Shown here piece by piece: positions 48,416 to 57,312 of a DNA stretch of 64,000 bases; position 1 is the first letter of the stretch, and the number at the start of each line of letters is the position of its first letter. Location: the IMG/VR virus record IMGVR_UViG_3300026488_000011, positions 32,001 to 96,000 of that record; one strand, written 5' to 3'. The position numbers were made by a program, and so were the translations under genes. The notes below the pieces were generated by a model. It was not told the origin of the DNA. It made no database searches and saw only the letters and a list, made by a program, of their open reading frames with translations. This DNA is from a virus.

Positions 48416-48667
48416 TTAGACTCCTTGTCTTAGTTTATTGGTTATATGATAATCCTTGATCTTCTTCTTCATAACTAGATTTAGCAAAGTTTTCTCTAGT
48501 TCTTCAGTATTTACTGTCTTTAACTCACCTTTCCTAACATAAAGACTGGTAAAACCTTCAATATTTTTACCAGTCTTTAATGGCCCAGCTTTACTAACAA
48601 AATTTTCGTCAATACCGATGTTCTTTTCCAACACCAGCATTGCTACGTATTCGTTTCTATCTTTCAT
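48416..48667 (-). CDS. hypothetical protein
   Basis: 83 aa with AAGGAG RBS. Confidence 0.7.
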   Translation of the reverse strand: MKDRNEYVAMLVLEKNIGIDENFVSKAGPLKTGKNIEGFTSLYVRKGELKTVNTEELEKTLLNLVMKKKIKDYHITNKLRQGV

Positions 48668-48687
48668 ATTTGCTCCTTCTATAATAT

Positions 48688-48768
48688 TTATTCTGGCGAC
48701 CTAAGCAGTAAAAAGATACTAGCTAAAAATACAACTCCAGACATAATTGCACCCATAAACATATCCAT
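48688..48768 (-). CDS. 26-aa single-TM micropeptide
   Basis: MDMFMGAIMSGVVFLASIFLLLRSPE with AAGGAGG RBS; first ORF after an early promoter box. Confidence 0.6.
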   Translation of the reverse strand: MDMFMGAIMSGVVFLASIFLLLRSPE

Positions 48769-48788
48769 TTTAACCTCCTTTGTTAAGC

Positions 48789-48810
48789 TTGTCTAGTTAA
48801 TAATATAAGG
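48789..48810 (-). promoter_or_regulatory. early promoter (TATATTAT plus TAACTAGACAA)
   Basis: Extended motif shared with 24256-24278, 57051-57073 and 63553-63574. Confidence 0.6.
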
Positions 48811-48824
48811 GTGTAAAAATATAG

Positions 48825-48852
48825 ACCTACAGAGGATTATTCCTCTGTAGGT
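48825..48852 (-). terminator. terminator hairpin
   Basis: 12-bp stem ACCTACAGAGGA/TCCTCTGTAGGT at the stop of 48837-50846. Confidence 0.75.
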
Positions 48853-50846
48853 AATTTATAACCTCTATTTCTTTTGTCGTAGATAGGATCACTAATTATT
48901 AGACTCCCATCTGAATTAATCCCTACGTTACCGTAATGTATATCTAACACCAATGGACTCGTATCTTTAAACCCTCTAACGAAATCATATAGCGCTTCTA
49001 CCTGATCTCTTAAATCCGGATGAATAGACTCATCATCGGATATTTCATCCAGAATCATTTCTAGTTCTTTTTTAATGCTCACATAACCGTATAAATTACT
49101 TATTCTATCATCCACTCTATTACATGTCTCTATAAAATATCTGATATGTTTATTATTTCTACCAGGGAATTCCAGTTTATCCACTTCTATAACATAAAAT
49201 GGTTTCAGACCAGGAATAGTGAATGTTTCTGTATTTAATACGTTAAATCTATCCCTTATTCTATTCAACCACATAAATTTAATAATATCAGATGTCAACA
49301 ATATGACTGTGTCATCCAACGTAATAGCAGTTGTAGCTACACCGTTATTAATATCGTAATCCTTATCAGAGATCAGTCTGATATTTTTCTCTCCAAGTTT
49401 TAACTCTAAATTGTATTTGGATTTAATATATTTATTAACTTCATCCAGTAATGCAGGAGATGCTTTAAATAGTTTTACAGGTGGCCAGTATTCCAGTTTA
49501 GTCACATATTCCTCATTACCGAGAGTCAGTTCCTCTGCTCCGAGTTCAATTTTCTTACCTAGATAATGAAAGTCGTTATCTATTAGTTCTTCTATCAGTT
49601 TCTCAATCTCTTTACTAGGCTTAAGTGTTGCACCGAAATTAAAACCTGTTCCTTGGTAATGGATTAAAAATGAAAACACTGATTCCTCTTCTAGTTTCTT
49701 CATAATTTCTTCCAGTGCATCAATTTGTTTAATTGTTTCTTGCAAATCTTTTTTGTTTAGTTTATAAGATCTAAGTATTCTTATTAGATCTAATTTTATT
49801 TTCTTTATTCTATCAGGAAACTTATCATACCTACCTGCATCCATCATAAACATGCGAATTAAAATGTTTATTAGAAGATAAGATCCAATCAAAAATAGCG
49901 TAGCCCAGAATGTAAATAAAACGTTTGAGCTAAATGACCATAAATAAAATAGAATCATGAGTGTCAAATTTATAAGACCTAATAAACCGGACATAAATAT
50001 TTTCTTATACTCAGGATTGAAGTATTTAATAAGTCCAGTTGCTAAGTACTCTCCGTAACCAAACCTGACTGCAAAATCGTCAGCATTCAACTCTACCTGA
50101 TTATTATTCTTATAATCTGTACCTAGCTTCCTTAATAAGTTATCTAACGGTTCTACCAATCTGTTTACAGTATTGATTGCTAAAAGTGCTTGGTCTTTTT
50201 TATTTAACTTATCTATTTTCTCTCCAGTAACTATTTCTAATTCCTTAATAACCTTGTCTAAATTTCCAGATTTAGCAGCTAACCATGCCTCTATCAAGTG
50301 TATATTATTCTGTACTGAGTATGCCATAAATTCGAAACTAGTAAAACAATGTCCTATCTCATGCATAATTACAGCTGCTATTTCCTTTTTACTTAAGTGA
50401 TTTCCCTCGATTTCGTTAGAGTCTATGAATAACCAACCTTTAACATTCTTAGGAACACCTAATACTTTTGCTTTCTCGTAGTCAATTTTTATTTTTACAG
50501 ACTTTAATATTTTATAGTTCTCTAGTAATGTTTTTTCAATACCACTTGTTGGTTTTACTTCATGTATGTCTCCCACTGGAACATTTACCTCGGTAAGTAC
50601 TGCAGGTGGTATACATGCAAATCCATCATCACTGCTTTTAACTAATAATCTAAATCCAAATCTGTCGTATATCATGTCTGACAGTTTATTAAAATGTTCT
50701 AACCTTACTCCTGTATCTTGCATCTCTTCTATTAGTGTCTCTAACTGTAAATTAAACGGATCATCGTACATAGGATGTACTAGTGTTTCAAAACCTTCTT
50801 TAACATTTTCCGATTTTGTTTTTTCCGGAATAAATTTATCAAACAT
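48837..50846 (-). CDS. virion head protein: zincin-like (HExxH) membrane region fused to a C-terminal T7 gp0.7-like kinase domain
   Basis: EGFE near the N-terminus; HEIGH...ELNADDFAVRFGYG; 2 TM segments; LGAE/LGNE linker; C-terminal DIHYGNVG...IISDP. Confidence 0.7.
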   Translation of the reverse strand: MFDKFIPEKTKSENVKEGFETLVHPMYDDPFNLQLETLIEEMQDTGVRLEHFNKLSDMIYDRFGFRLLVKSSDDGFACIPPAVLTEVNVPVGDIHEVKPTSGIEKTLLENYKILKSVKIKIDYEKAKVLGVPKNVKGWLFIDSNEIEGNHLSKKEIAAVIMHEIGHCFTSFEFMAYSVQNNIHLIEAWLAAKSGNLDKVIKELEIVTGEKIDKLNKKDQALLAINTVNRLVEPLDNLLRKLGTDYKNNNQVELNADDFAVRFGYGEYLATGLIKYFNPEYKKIFMSGLLGLINLTLMILFYLWSFSSNVLFTFWATLFLIGSYLLINILIRMFMMDAGRYDKFPDRIKKIKLDLIRILRSYKLNKKDLQETIKQIDALEEIMKKLEEESVFSFLIHYQGTGFNFGATLKPSKEIEKLIEELIDNDFHYLGKKIELGAEELTLGNEEYVTKLEYWPPVKLFKASPALLDEVNKYIKSKYNLELKLGEKNIRLISDKDYDINNGVATTAITLDDTVILLTSDIIKFMWLNRIRDRFNVLNTETFTIPGLKPFYVIEVDKLEFPGRNNKHIRYFIETCNRVDDRISNLYGYVSIKKELEMILDEISDDESIHPDLRDQVEALYDFVRGFKDTSPLVLDIHYGNVGINSDGSLIISDPIYDKRNRGYKLPTEE

Positions 50847-50924
50847 TCTTTTCTCCTTAATATCGTTAAGATTTCAATTAAACCACGCATTCATTGAAGA
50901 TAAATCTAACATAAAGGAGAAAAT

Positions 50925-52304
50925 ATGGACAATTATGTATCCATAGATACAGTGGACATAATGGAGAATATAATAGCTTTAGAAAGCTATTTAGAATTTG
51001 AAGATACTATAGAGAAGATGAACGAAAAAGAACAAGAATTGGTACTGAGACCAATTACTGCTGGTAATGAAAGTGTTAAGGAAACTGTAAACAAAATGAT
51101 TAAAACAGTGGTAGAGAATGTAAAAAAGCTTTGGAAAGCTATAAAACAACTTATCAAAAAGATTATAGACTGGGTTAGAGGGTTGTTTGGTAAAAATAAA
51201 AAGAAGAACATAGATATAGCTAAAGAAGTTGAAAAACAAATGGAAGAAGAAACTGCAAAATACCTAGAAAATAAAAAAGAAATAGTAGTTAAGTTAGATA
51301 AAGTAAAAGAAGAACAAAAAGAAAATGATGAAGAATTAAAAGCCATAGAATTTAACTTAGCTAAAAGTTTTCTAATCATGTACACGGATAAAGCTATTGA
51401 TTTAATAAACTCTGGTAAATTAAAACTTAAAAAAGATATAGAGATGAAAATCAAAAAAGAGTTGTTCTCAATAGCCTTTACCGATAAGGAAATTTCTCCT
51501 AAAAGATTTCTAGAATTTACAGCAGCACAAGGTATTTTTATTAAACAATTAGACGTTGTCCTAGAGTACGAAGGTATTAGAATAATTGATAAAAGCAAAG
51601 GAACTGGACTGGACTTAGTTTTAGCTGCTTCTCCGGTAAGATTGAAGAAAACTAGTCTTGATGATGCTATTATTAAAGTAATACAAAGACATTATAAATC
51701 TGCGTTTGTGGTAGATACCGATAGCTTTACTAGACATAGATTAAAATTCAGAATAGCTGATATGAAGAGCGCTGGACATGTTTCTTTCGCCATAGACAAA
51801 GCTAAGAAGTATAACAAAGTAAAAATATCAGATATAGAAAAGAATCCTGAAAAGTATAAAGCTATTGAAGACTTAATTAATAAAGCTAAAAAATGTAAAA
51901 CAGAGTTCCTCACACTAGACGGTGATAGCAAGATACCTGGATTTAATTTAAGTAAGACTAAGTTGATCTTACCTAAATTATCAGATATGACTGAAATTGC
52001 TACGACCATGGATAAAGTTAAAGCCTTGGCTAAAGACATGACTGATAAATTGGATAAGTTACTGAAAGAAACTGATAAGGCTATTGAGGATTATACTAAA
52101 AGCAATCAAAATCCTATCCTGCTAAATGCTTTAAAAGTATTTATTAAAAAATACAGATTTATTAATCAAGGTTATCTATCTACCTTAGCCGATAGTAATA
52201 AAACAATTGAAGACTACTTATACTTCAGAACTGTACTACATTTATCCCCTAACTATTTCGAAAATGAACCTTTAGAAATAGCTGAAATGTTAAAACCAGA
52301 ATAA
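50925..52304 (+). CDS. internal head protein (phiKZ gp93/162/163-like family)
   Basis: Acidic propeptide with IALE and AGNE, then amphipathic helix KMIKTVVENVKKLWKAIKQLIKKIIDWVRGLF. Confidence 0.7.
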   Translation: MDNYVSIDTVDIMENIIALESYLEFEDTIEKMNEKEQELVLRPITAGNESVKETVNKMIKTVVENVKKLWKAIKQLIKKIIDWVRGLFGKNKKKNIDIAKEVEKQMEEETAKYLENKKEIVVKLDKVKEEQKENDEELKAIEFNLAKSFLIMYTDKAIDLINSGKLKLKKDIEMKIKKELFSIAFTDKEISPKRFLEFTAAQGIFIKQLDVVLEYEGIRIIDKSKGTGLDLVLAASPVRLKKTSLDDAIIKVIQRHYKSAFVVDTDSFTRHRLKFRIADMKSAGHVSFAIDKAKKYNKVKISDIEKNPEKYKAIEDLINKAKKCKTEFLTLDGDSKIPGFNLSKTKLILPKLSDMTEIATTMDKVKALAKDMTDKLDKLLKETDKAIEDYTKSNQNPILLNALKVFIKKYRFINQGYLSTLADSNKTIEDYLYFRTVLHLSPNYFENEPLEIAEMLKPE

Positions 52305-52310
52305 AAATAT

Positions 52311-52342
52311 ATGTTACCACTGGATTAATCCAGTGGTAACAT
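52311..52342. terminator. perfect 32-bp palindrome between convergent genes
   Basis: ATGTTACCACTGGATT/AATCCAGTGGTAACAT. Confidence 0.75.
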
Positions 52343-54193
52343 TTTCTCTACATTTAATAAAATAGAGTTAGAAGACATATACGTACTAACTGAAATGGCA
52401 TATACTATTCTGATTTTCTTAATAGATCTTATCTCTACGTCTAGCTTATTATCCAAGTCTTCCTTCGTAAACGTGTAAAACATACTTACTTTAAAATCTG
52501 ACAACTGGGAAAACTTCAATTTGGCTTTTAGATATTTCTTTCCGTTCTTAGTAAATACTCTAAAGCTATGGATATAAACATCTGATGCGAACAATGGTCT
52601 TGGAAAACCTTGACCATATGGACCAGCAGCCCTTACGTCGAATAGATTTGTAAACAATCTTTTATTGCTGTAAATTATATCGTCTACGTAGATTGTTTCT
52701 TCTCTACTTAAATCTTCTTTACTGACTTCTTCCACGAGTAGATTAAAGAAATTTTCTAGATCAGGTTTTATTTTTACACCTACTGCTTGCTTATGTCCTC
52801 CATGTTTAATGATCACATCTGATCTACTGTATATTTTATCTAATATCTCTTTAAGATTAGCCTTATTTCCAGATAACCTACCTGAACCTATCAATACCTT
52901 TTCTCCATCCCTATCATGTTCTGTAAAACATATTACTACATTATAACCTTCCGAAAATAGAATGTTGTTAGCAATAATGCCTTGCAAGCCTTCTGTGTTT
53001 TTTATAAGAGCTACTAAGACATTATCAGTTTTGTATACTACTTTATCTTCTCTTTTTAAAGCTTCTATTTGTAGTTCTTTCCTTTTATCGTTTAGGTCTT
53101 CTATCTCGTTAAGGTAGACCTCGGAATCATCTAAGTCTTCTGCTATCATTAATTCCAAAGCAAGACTAGGGTTATCTATTCTGCCTGCTGCATTTAGTTT
53201 AGGAACTACTTCAAAGCCTAATACCACTTCATCTATGAAATAACTAGTAGTTAGATTTTCTCGCACTCTCGTCCAAAACACATCATGTTGGATAACATTG
53301 CTGTTTATATCCTTTAGAGCCTTTATTAGTATCTTTCTGTTTATATAGTCTTTTAAGCTCACCACATCGCTTACTATCGTCATACCTACATAGGTGAGTA
53401 AGTAATAATAATAGTCTACTTTGTTATCAAATTGCGTCGGATATTTTATTTCTTCTAACTCTGGATACTTTTTAACTAAATTTAAGTATGCGTATAGTAG
53501 AGAAAAATATATTACATTAGCACCAGTTATATGTTTAGACATCTTGCTATCTAGTCTCTGTGGATTGATGAAAGCATCAGCTACGGTAGATACAGTGTTA
53601 GAAATATCATAGAGATGATGGTCGGTTACTACTATTTTTATACCTAGTTTTTCCTTTAAGTATTCAAATCTCTCTCTGTCATGACTACCATGATCAGATG
53701 TTACTAATACGTCAAATGGTTTTATCTCATACATCCTAACCAACATCTCTACTATTTTATCATTAATACCGTTACCATATTCTCTTCTATTCGGAATAAC
53801 TTCAAAGTTATCCATATTAAACAGATGTTTATACATCTTATACGCTATAGCTCCAGACGTCACTCCGTCCACATCATAATCGCATACATGTATCACTCTC
53901 AAGTTTTTAGTAATTACTTCTTCCATAATGTTTGTAAACTTATCTACATCAGGTAGATTTCGTATAAAATCAGTTGTTAAGATTTTATTTAATCTAGTTT
54001 TATAATAGGGTTCTAGTTCTTCGAATTTCTCATACCTACCAGCATATATAGCTTTTACTAAATCCCTAGTTTCGTATTCACTTAACTTTAGAAACACTTC
54101 TGGATTTAACTTCCTCAATTTTATGCCTGTTTTCTCCATATCCTTAATTAGATCTTCTTTCATCATTTCCTTATCCTTTCTTTTATCTTTCAC
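52325..54193 (-). CDS. recJ: RecJ-like single-stranded DNA exonuclease (DHH family)
   Basis: CDYDVDGVTS, VTSDHG, VTDHH, VSDVV, PKLNAAGR, GSGR, HGGHKQAVG: complete DHH/DHHA1 motif set. Confidence 0.9.
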   Translation of the reverse strand: MKDKRKDKEMMKEDLIKDMEKTGIKLRKLNPEVFLKLSEYETRDLVKAIYAGRYEKFEELEPYYKTRLNKILTTDFIRNLPDVDKFTNIMEEVITKNLRVIHVCDYDVDGVTSGAIAYKMYKHLFNMDNFEVIPNRREYGNGINDKIVEMLVRMYEIKPFDVLVTSDHGSHDRERFEYLKEKLGIKIVVTDHHLYDISNTVSTVADAFINPQRLDSKMSKHITGANVIYFSLLYAYLNLVKKYPELEEIKYPTQFDNKVDYYYYLLTYVGMTIVSDVVSLKDYINRKILIKALKDINSNVIQHDVFWTRVRENLTTSYFIDEVVLGFEVVPKLNAAGRIDNPSLALELMIAEDLDDSEVYLNEIEDLNDKRKELQIEALKREDKVVYKTDNVLVALIKNTEGLQGIIANNILFSEGYNVVICFTEHDRDGEKVLIGSGRLSGNKANLKEILDKIYSRSDVIIKHGGHKQAVGVKIKPDLENFFNLLVEEVSKEDLSREETIYVDDIIYSNKRLFTNLFDVRAAGPYGQGFPRPLFASDVYIHSFRVFTKNGKKYLKAKLKFSQLSDFKVSMFYTFTKEDLDNKLDVEIRSIKKIRIVYAISVSTYMSSNSILLNVEKMLPLD

Positions 54194-54263
54194 AAAATCC
54201 TAATTTGTTATTTAATACTGGTAATCGGTCGATTTGTTGAATAAAGATTAGTAAGGAGAAGTA

Positions 54264-55481
54264 ATGAACAGATATAAAGATGTTAAATCTTTTTTTAGTT
54301 ACTGGTTAAGAGATATTAAATTTGACGAGAAACTTTTTAAAGAACTACAAAATTTTAGACTTTCATGGGCGACTAAGACTGACGAATATGTGGAGTTTTT
54401 AGGGAGTAACTTGCTAGGAGTGCATAACATTGTATTTTCTAGTCTAGACGATGATGCTCTGTTGTCTATATTTAAAATCAGTGACCTGAAAGAGTTACAA
54501 GAAGATTTTTACAAGGTAGAAGGTATTAATAAGAAATTCAAGATAGCTAGTAATGTCATTTATCATATGCTAATATATACCGCGCATAGGTTTATCACAA
54601 ATAGTAAACTTAAAAAGAACGTTCAGTATGGAGGAGCTAGAGAAGCTTGTCTAATTATGCAATATAGAATGTTTTCTAGTTTCTATTACCATTATTTTAA
54701 ATATCTAGTAGACCCAAACATAGCACAGACAGTGTATGAAAAGTTATCTCACAAATACTTGATTAAACAACTAGGAAGCTGGCAAGAAGTATTCGATTAT
54801 AGAGTAAAGAAATGTCTAGAAAAATCATCTCCATTTTACAAAAGATTAGTTAGACTAACTACTGAAGACGCTGTAAGGATAATAATCGATATACAAACTA
54901 AGCTGAGATCAAATGTCATAAGCATTTATAAAATACTAGTAGAAGTAGTTAATAATAAAGAAGCCATGAATACGGTAGATGCTACATTTACAGGGGGAGA
55001 GAATAACGAGAAACAAGTTAGAGATGTGGATAGTCTAAACAAATACGTTAACATTATGAAGCAGATAACATATTCTCCAAATGACTTTATAGATCATGAC
55101 TTAGTTACAGTAGTAGTTAGTTTGTTTCCTAATATAAAAGAAGATCTTATAACTAAGTTTCTAGTCTGCATGACCGAGGAGAGAATAAATAAACCTAAAA
55201 ATTACTATCCATTATTAGAGAAGATGATTTATATAAATCTGGAATATCTACAAAGATGGAATGTAAATATCTCAGATAGATCTACCATACCTAAAGCCTT
55301 AGTGATGGTCAGAAACTACTGGTCTAGTAGTAAGGTTAAAAATAAAGACATGGATGAAATAAAAAATTATTTAAGACGTATGGCTAAAGTATGTACAGGT
55401 AAAAGAACTAGTTGGTTAGTAAATAGTCTATCTATAGCATTTGTAACTTATGTATTTCTACGAATGCTAAAAAACGATTAA
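54264..55481 (+). CDS. conserved phiKZ-like protein, probably gp176-like fifth virion RNAP subunit
   Basis: 405 aa; FLGSNLLGVHNIVF, YHYFKYLVD..IA..VY.KLS.KYLIKQLGSW pattern; assignment from memory. Confidence 0.45.
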   Translation: MNRYKDVKSFFSYWLRDIKFDEKLFKELQNFRLSWATKTDEYVEFLGSNLLGVHNIVFSSLDDDALLSIFKISDLKELQEDFYKVEGINKKFKIASNVIYHMLIYTAHRFITNSKLKKNVQYGGAREACLIMQYRMFSSFYYHYFKYLVDPNIAQTVYEKLSHKYLIKQLGSWQEVFDYRVKKCLEKSSPFYKRLVRLTTEDAVRIIIDIQTKLRSNVISIYKILVEVVNNKEAMNTVDATFTGGENNEKQVRDVDSLNKYVNIMKQITYSPNDFIDHDLVTVVVSLFPNIKEDLITKFLVCMTEERINKPKNYYPLLEKMIYINLEYLQRWNVNISDRSTIPKALVMVRNYWSSSKVKNKDMDEIKNYLRRMAKVCTGKRTSWLVNSLSIAFVTYVFLRMLKND

Positions 55482-55518
55482 TTAACTGAATTAAATAAAA
55501 AACAATTAAGGAGTTCAC

Positions 55519-55971
55519 ATGGATATGGAGAAATTTTTCCCAGAAGTTTATGATACTACAACTGAAGAAACAACTAATAAAGATGCCGATAAAGACACAA
55601 GTACAACAAACACGGATGATGCAAGCAATGAAGAAAAAGATCCGTATATTGGATTCGAAGTTAATGACGTAGATGAAGAAACAAAGAAAGAGTTTGAAGA
55701 TGCTGAAGTAGAAGAGACTAAGGATAAAAAGGGCAAGAAGAAAATTAAGATTAAAATTAAACATCCTGGAGCAATGACTGAGTATTGTAAGAAGAAAGGG
55801 TATGACGGCGTAACATGTGGTTGTTTGTGCGAAGCTATGAACGACCCTGATCCAGTATGGCATAAACGTGCAAACTTTGCTTATGTATTCGGTTTTCGTA
55901 AAAACGGTAAACAATGTGCCTGTATGGAAGAAATCTATAAAAAGAGAAAGAAAGAGAAAAATAAAAAATAG
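55519..55971 (+). CDS. small head protein: acidic propeptide plus basic Cys-rich KHPGA domain
   Basis: Acidic N-terminal half with IGFE, then IKHPGAMTEYC...KRANFA; highly basic end. Confidence 0.6.
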   Translation: MDMEKFFPEVYDTTTEETTNKDADKDTSTTNTDDASNEEKDPYIGFEVNDVDEETKKEFEDAEVEETKDKKGKKKIKIKIKHPGAMTEYCKKKGYDGVTCGCLCEAMNDPDPVWHKRANFAYVFGFRKNGKQCACMEEIYKKRKKEKNKK

Positions 55972-55983
55972 ATCAACGAGGGA

Positions 55984-57027
55984 CTATTTATCCCCGTTGA
56001 TCAAAATTCTTCTCGCGATCACTTTTAACAGGAATTCAGCTATAGTTTTCTCCTGTAATGGCGCGGATATATTCAACTCGTCATCCAGTATGTAGTAGTT
56101 TCCATCGGTCAGAGACCAAATATATTTTATGTCATCTATCTCGTGATTTCCTATCACGACACTTCCTTCCACTGCGAAAGCTTTATGCTCTTTGCCGTTT
56201 ATAACTACTACGTTTATACTTCTGCTATCGTATTCTATATCTGCTCTGTCAAAGACATACATAGAGACGCATGCGTTTAGTCCTGAGGATATGTTCTCGA
56301 CTTCTGATTCGATATTTGAAAAGATCGGAGCAGCTAATAGTTTATCGCCCAACATCCAAGCAACCATCTCGTAATTGCATTCTGATTCTATTACGTAATA
56401 CTCGCCTAAGCTTAACAATTTCGAATGACCATTTTCTACTAAATATTTCCCTAGCTCTCTAGCTAGCTTCTTATTGCTGTATGCTTCAGAAAAGTCTATA
56501 TCAGCGTCATCATCCATAAGATAAATCTTTTTAATAGATATAGCAAACTCATCAACATGTTTTATTATGTTATTTTTATTCGCCTTAACTCCGCTTACTT
56601 TAAGTATCTCTACTTCCATATCAGCGAATGTACCATAAATGGTAAAAGTTTTGCTTAACTTGGCATTTAGCGTTAAGGTTGTTTCTATTGTTTTTAGTTC
56701 GCTACTGTTTTCTGATTGGTTGTCAGATTGGGTATTCATAGGCATTCTTGACGAAGTTAGCCCGTCGCCAGCCATACGCACGTTAAACGTATCGTATGGG
56801 TAGAAAGGTTGTGGTGCTGCGTAACATGGCCCCGCTGCCGGGTTATGATGGTTTGTAAACATTGGTCCATTATAGCTCATTTGTCCACTAAATGCGTTCG
56901 GATAAAGAAATTGTGGTACTGTGTGGTAGCATCCTGACCCCAATACGAGATTACTGTAAGGCCCTGGATTCGTCGGCCCGTTATAATTCATATGTTCGAT
57001 ACCAGGTCTAAAGTTTTCTCTTTTCAT
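55984..57027 (-). CDS. hypothetical early protein with low-complexity duplicated N-terminus
   Basis: Likely start is the ATG at 57027 behind AAGGAG; CATATTAC box at 57062-57069. Confidence 0.7.
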   Translation of the reverse strand: MKRENFRPGIEHMNYNGPTNPGPYSNLVLGSGCYHTVPQFLYPNAFSGQMSYNGPMFTNHHNPAAGPCYAAPQPFYPYDTFNVRMAGDGLTSSRMPMNTQSDNQSENSSELKTIETTLTLNAKLSKTFTIYGTFADMEVEILKVSGVKANKNNIIKHVDEFAISIKKIYLMDDDADIDFSEAYSNKKLARELGKYLVENGHSKLLSLGEYYVIESECNYEMVAWMLGDKLLAAPIFSNIESEVENISSGLNACVSMYVFDRADIEYDSRSINVVVINGKEHKAFAVEGSVVIGNHEIDDIKYIWSLTDGNYYILDDELNISAPLQEKTIAEFLLKVIARRILINGDK

Positions 57028-57050
57028 ATTCACTCCTTTTTTGGTTTAGT

Positions 57051-57073
57051 TTGTCTAGTTAGTAATATGTAAG
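57051..57073 (-). promoter_or_regulatory. early promoter (CATATTAC plus TAACTAGACAA)
   Basis: Extended shared motif upstream of 55984-57027. Confidence 0.6.
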
Positions 57074-57092
57074 TAAAACTAAATGAATTAAT

Positions 57093-57123
57093 CATACAGA
57101 TTGGAATAACTCCAATCTGTATG
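57093..57123. terminator. hairpin
   Basis: 13-bp stem CATACAGATTGGA/TCCAATCTGTATG. Confidence 0.55.
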
Positions 57124-57176
57124 CATGCTGAATAAAATGGCAAAAGAAAAAATATTCAAATTAAAAAATAAAAAAG

Positions 57177-57211
57177 TAGGCGAGGAAATCAAATATCAAC
57201 ATCCTCGCCTA
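57177..57211 (-). terminator. intrinsic terminator
   Basis: TAGGCGAGGA/TCCTCGCCTA stem followed by a minus-strand T-run. Confidence 0.65.
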
Positions 57212-57225
57212 AAATATCATCAAAC

Positions 57226-57310
57226 CAGTCGGTCGCGATATCCGCGACATACTCGCCTGTCTTCCAGGCGATCGCAGCCGCGAAAACTGTTAGTGCGGCT
57301 AGACCGACTG
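57226..57310. ncRNA. 85-nt four-way-junction structured RNA (non-canonical cloverleaf)
   Basis: 51 of 85 nt are G/C; 7-9 bp closing stem plus three internal hairpins; no T-loop consensus and no CCA. Confidence 0.5.
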
Positions 57311-57312
57311 TT

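Noticed and set aside
57226-57310. Canonical tRNA or hammerhead ribozyme call for the cloverleaf
   Set aside because: No GTTCRA T-loop, D-loop GG or CCA on either strand, and no CUGANGA core; kept only as an unclassified structured RNA.
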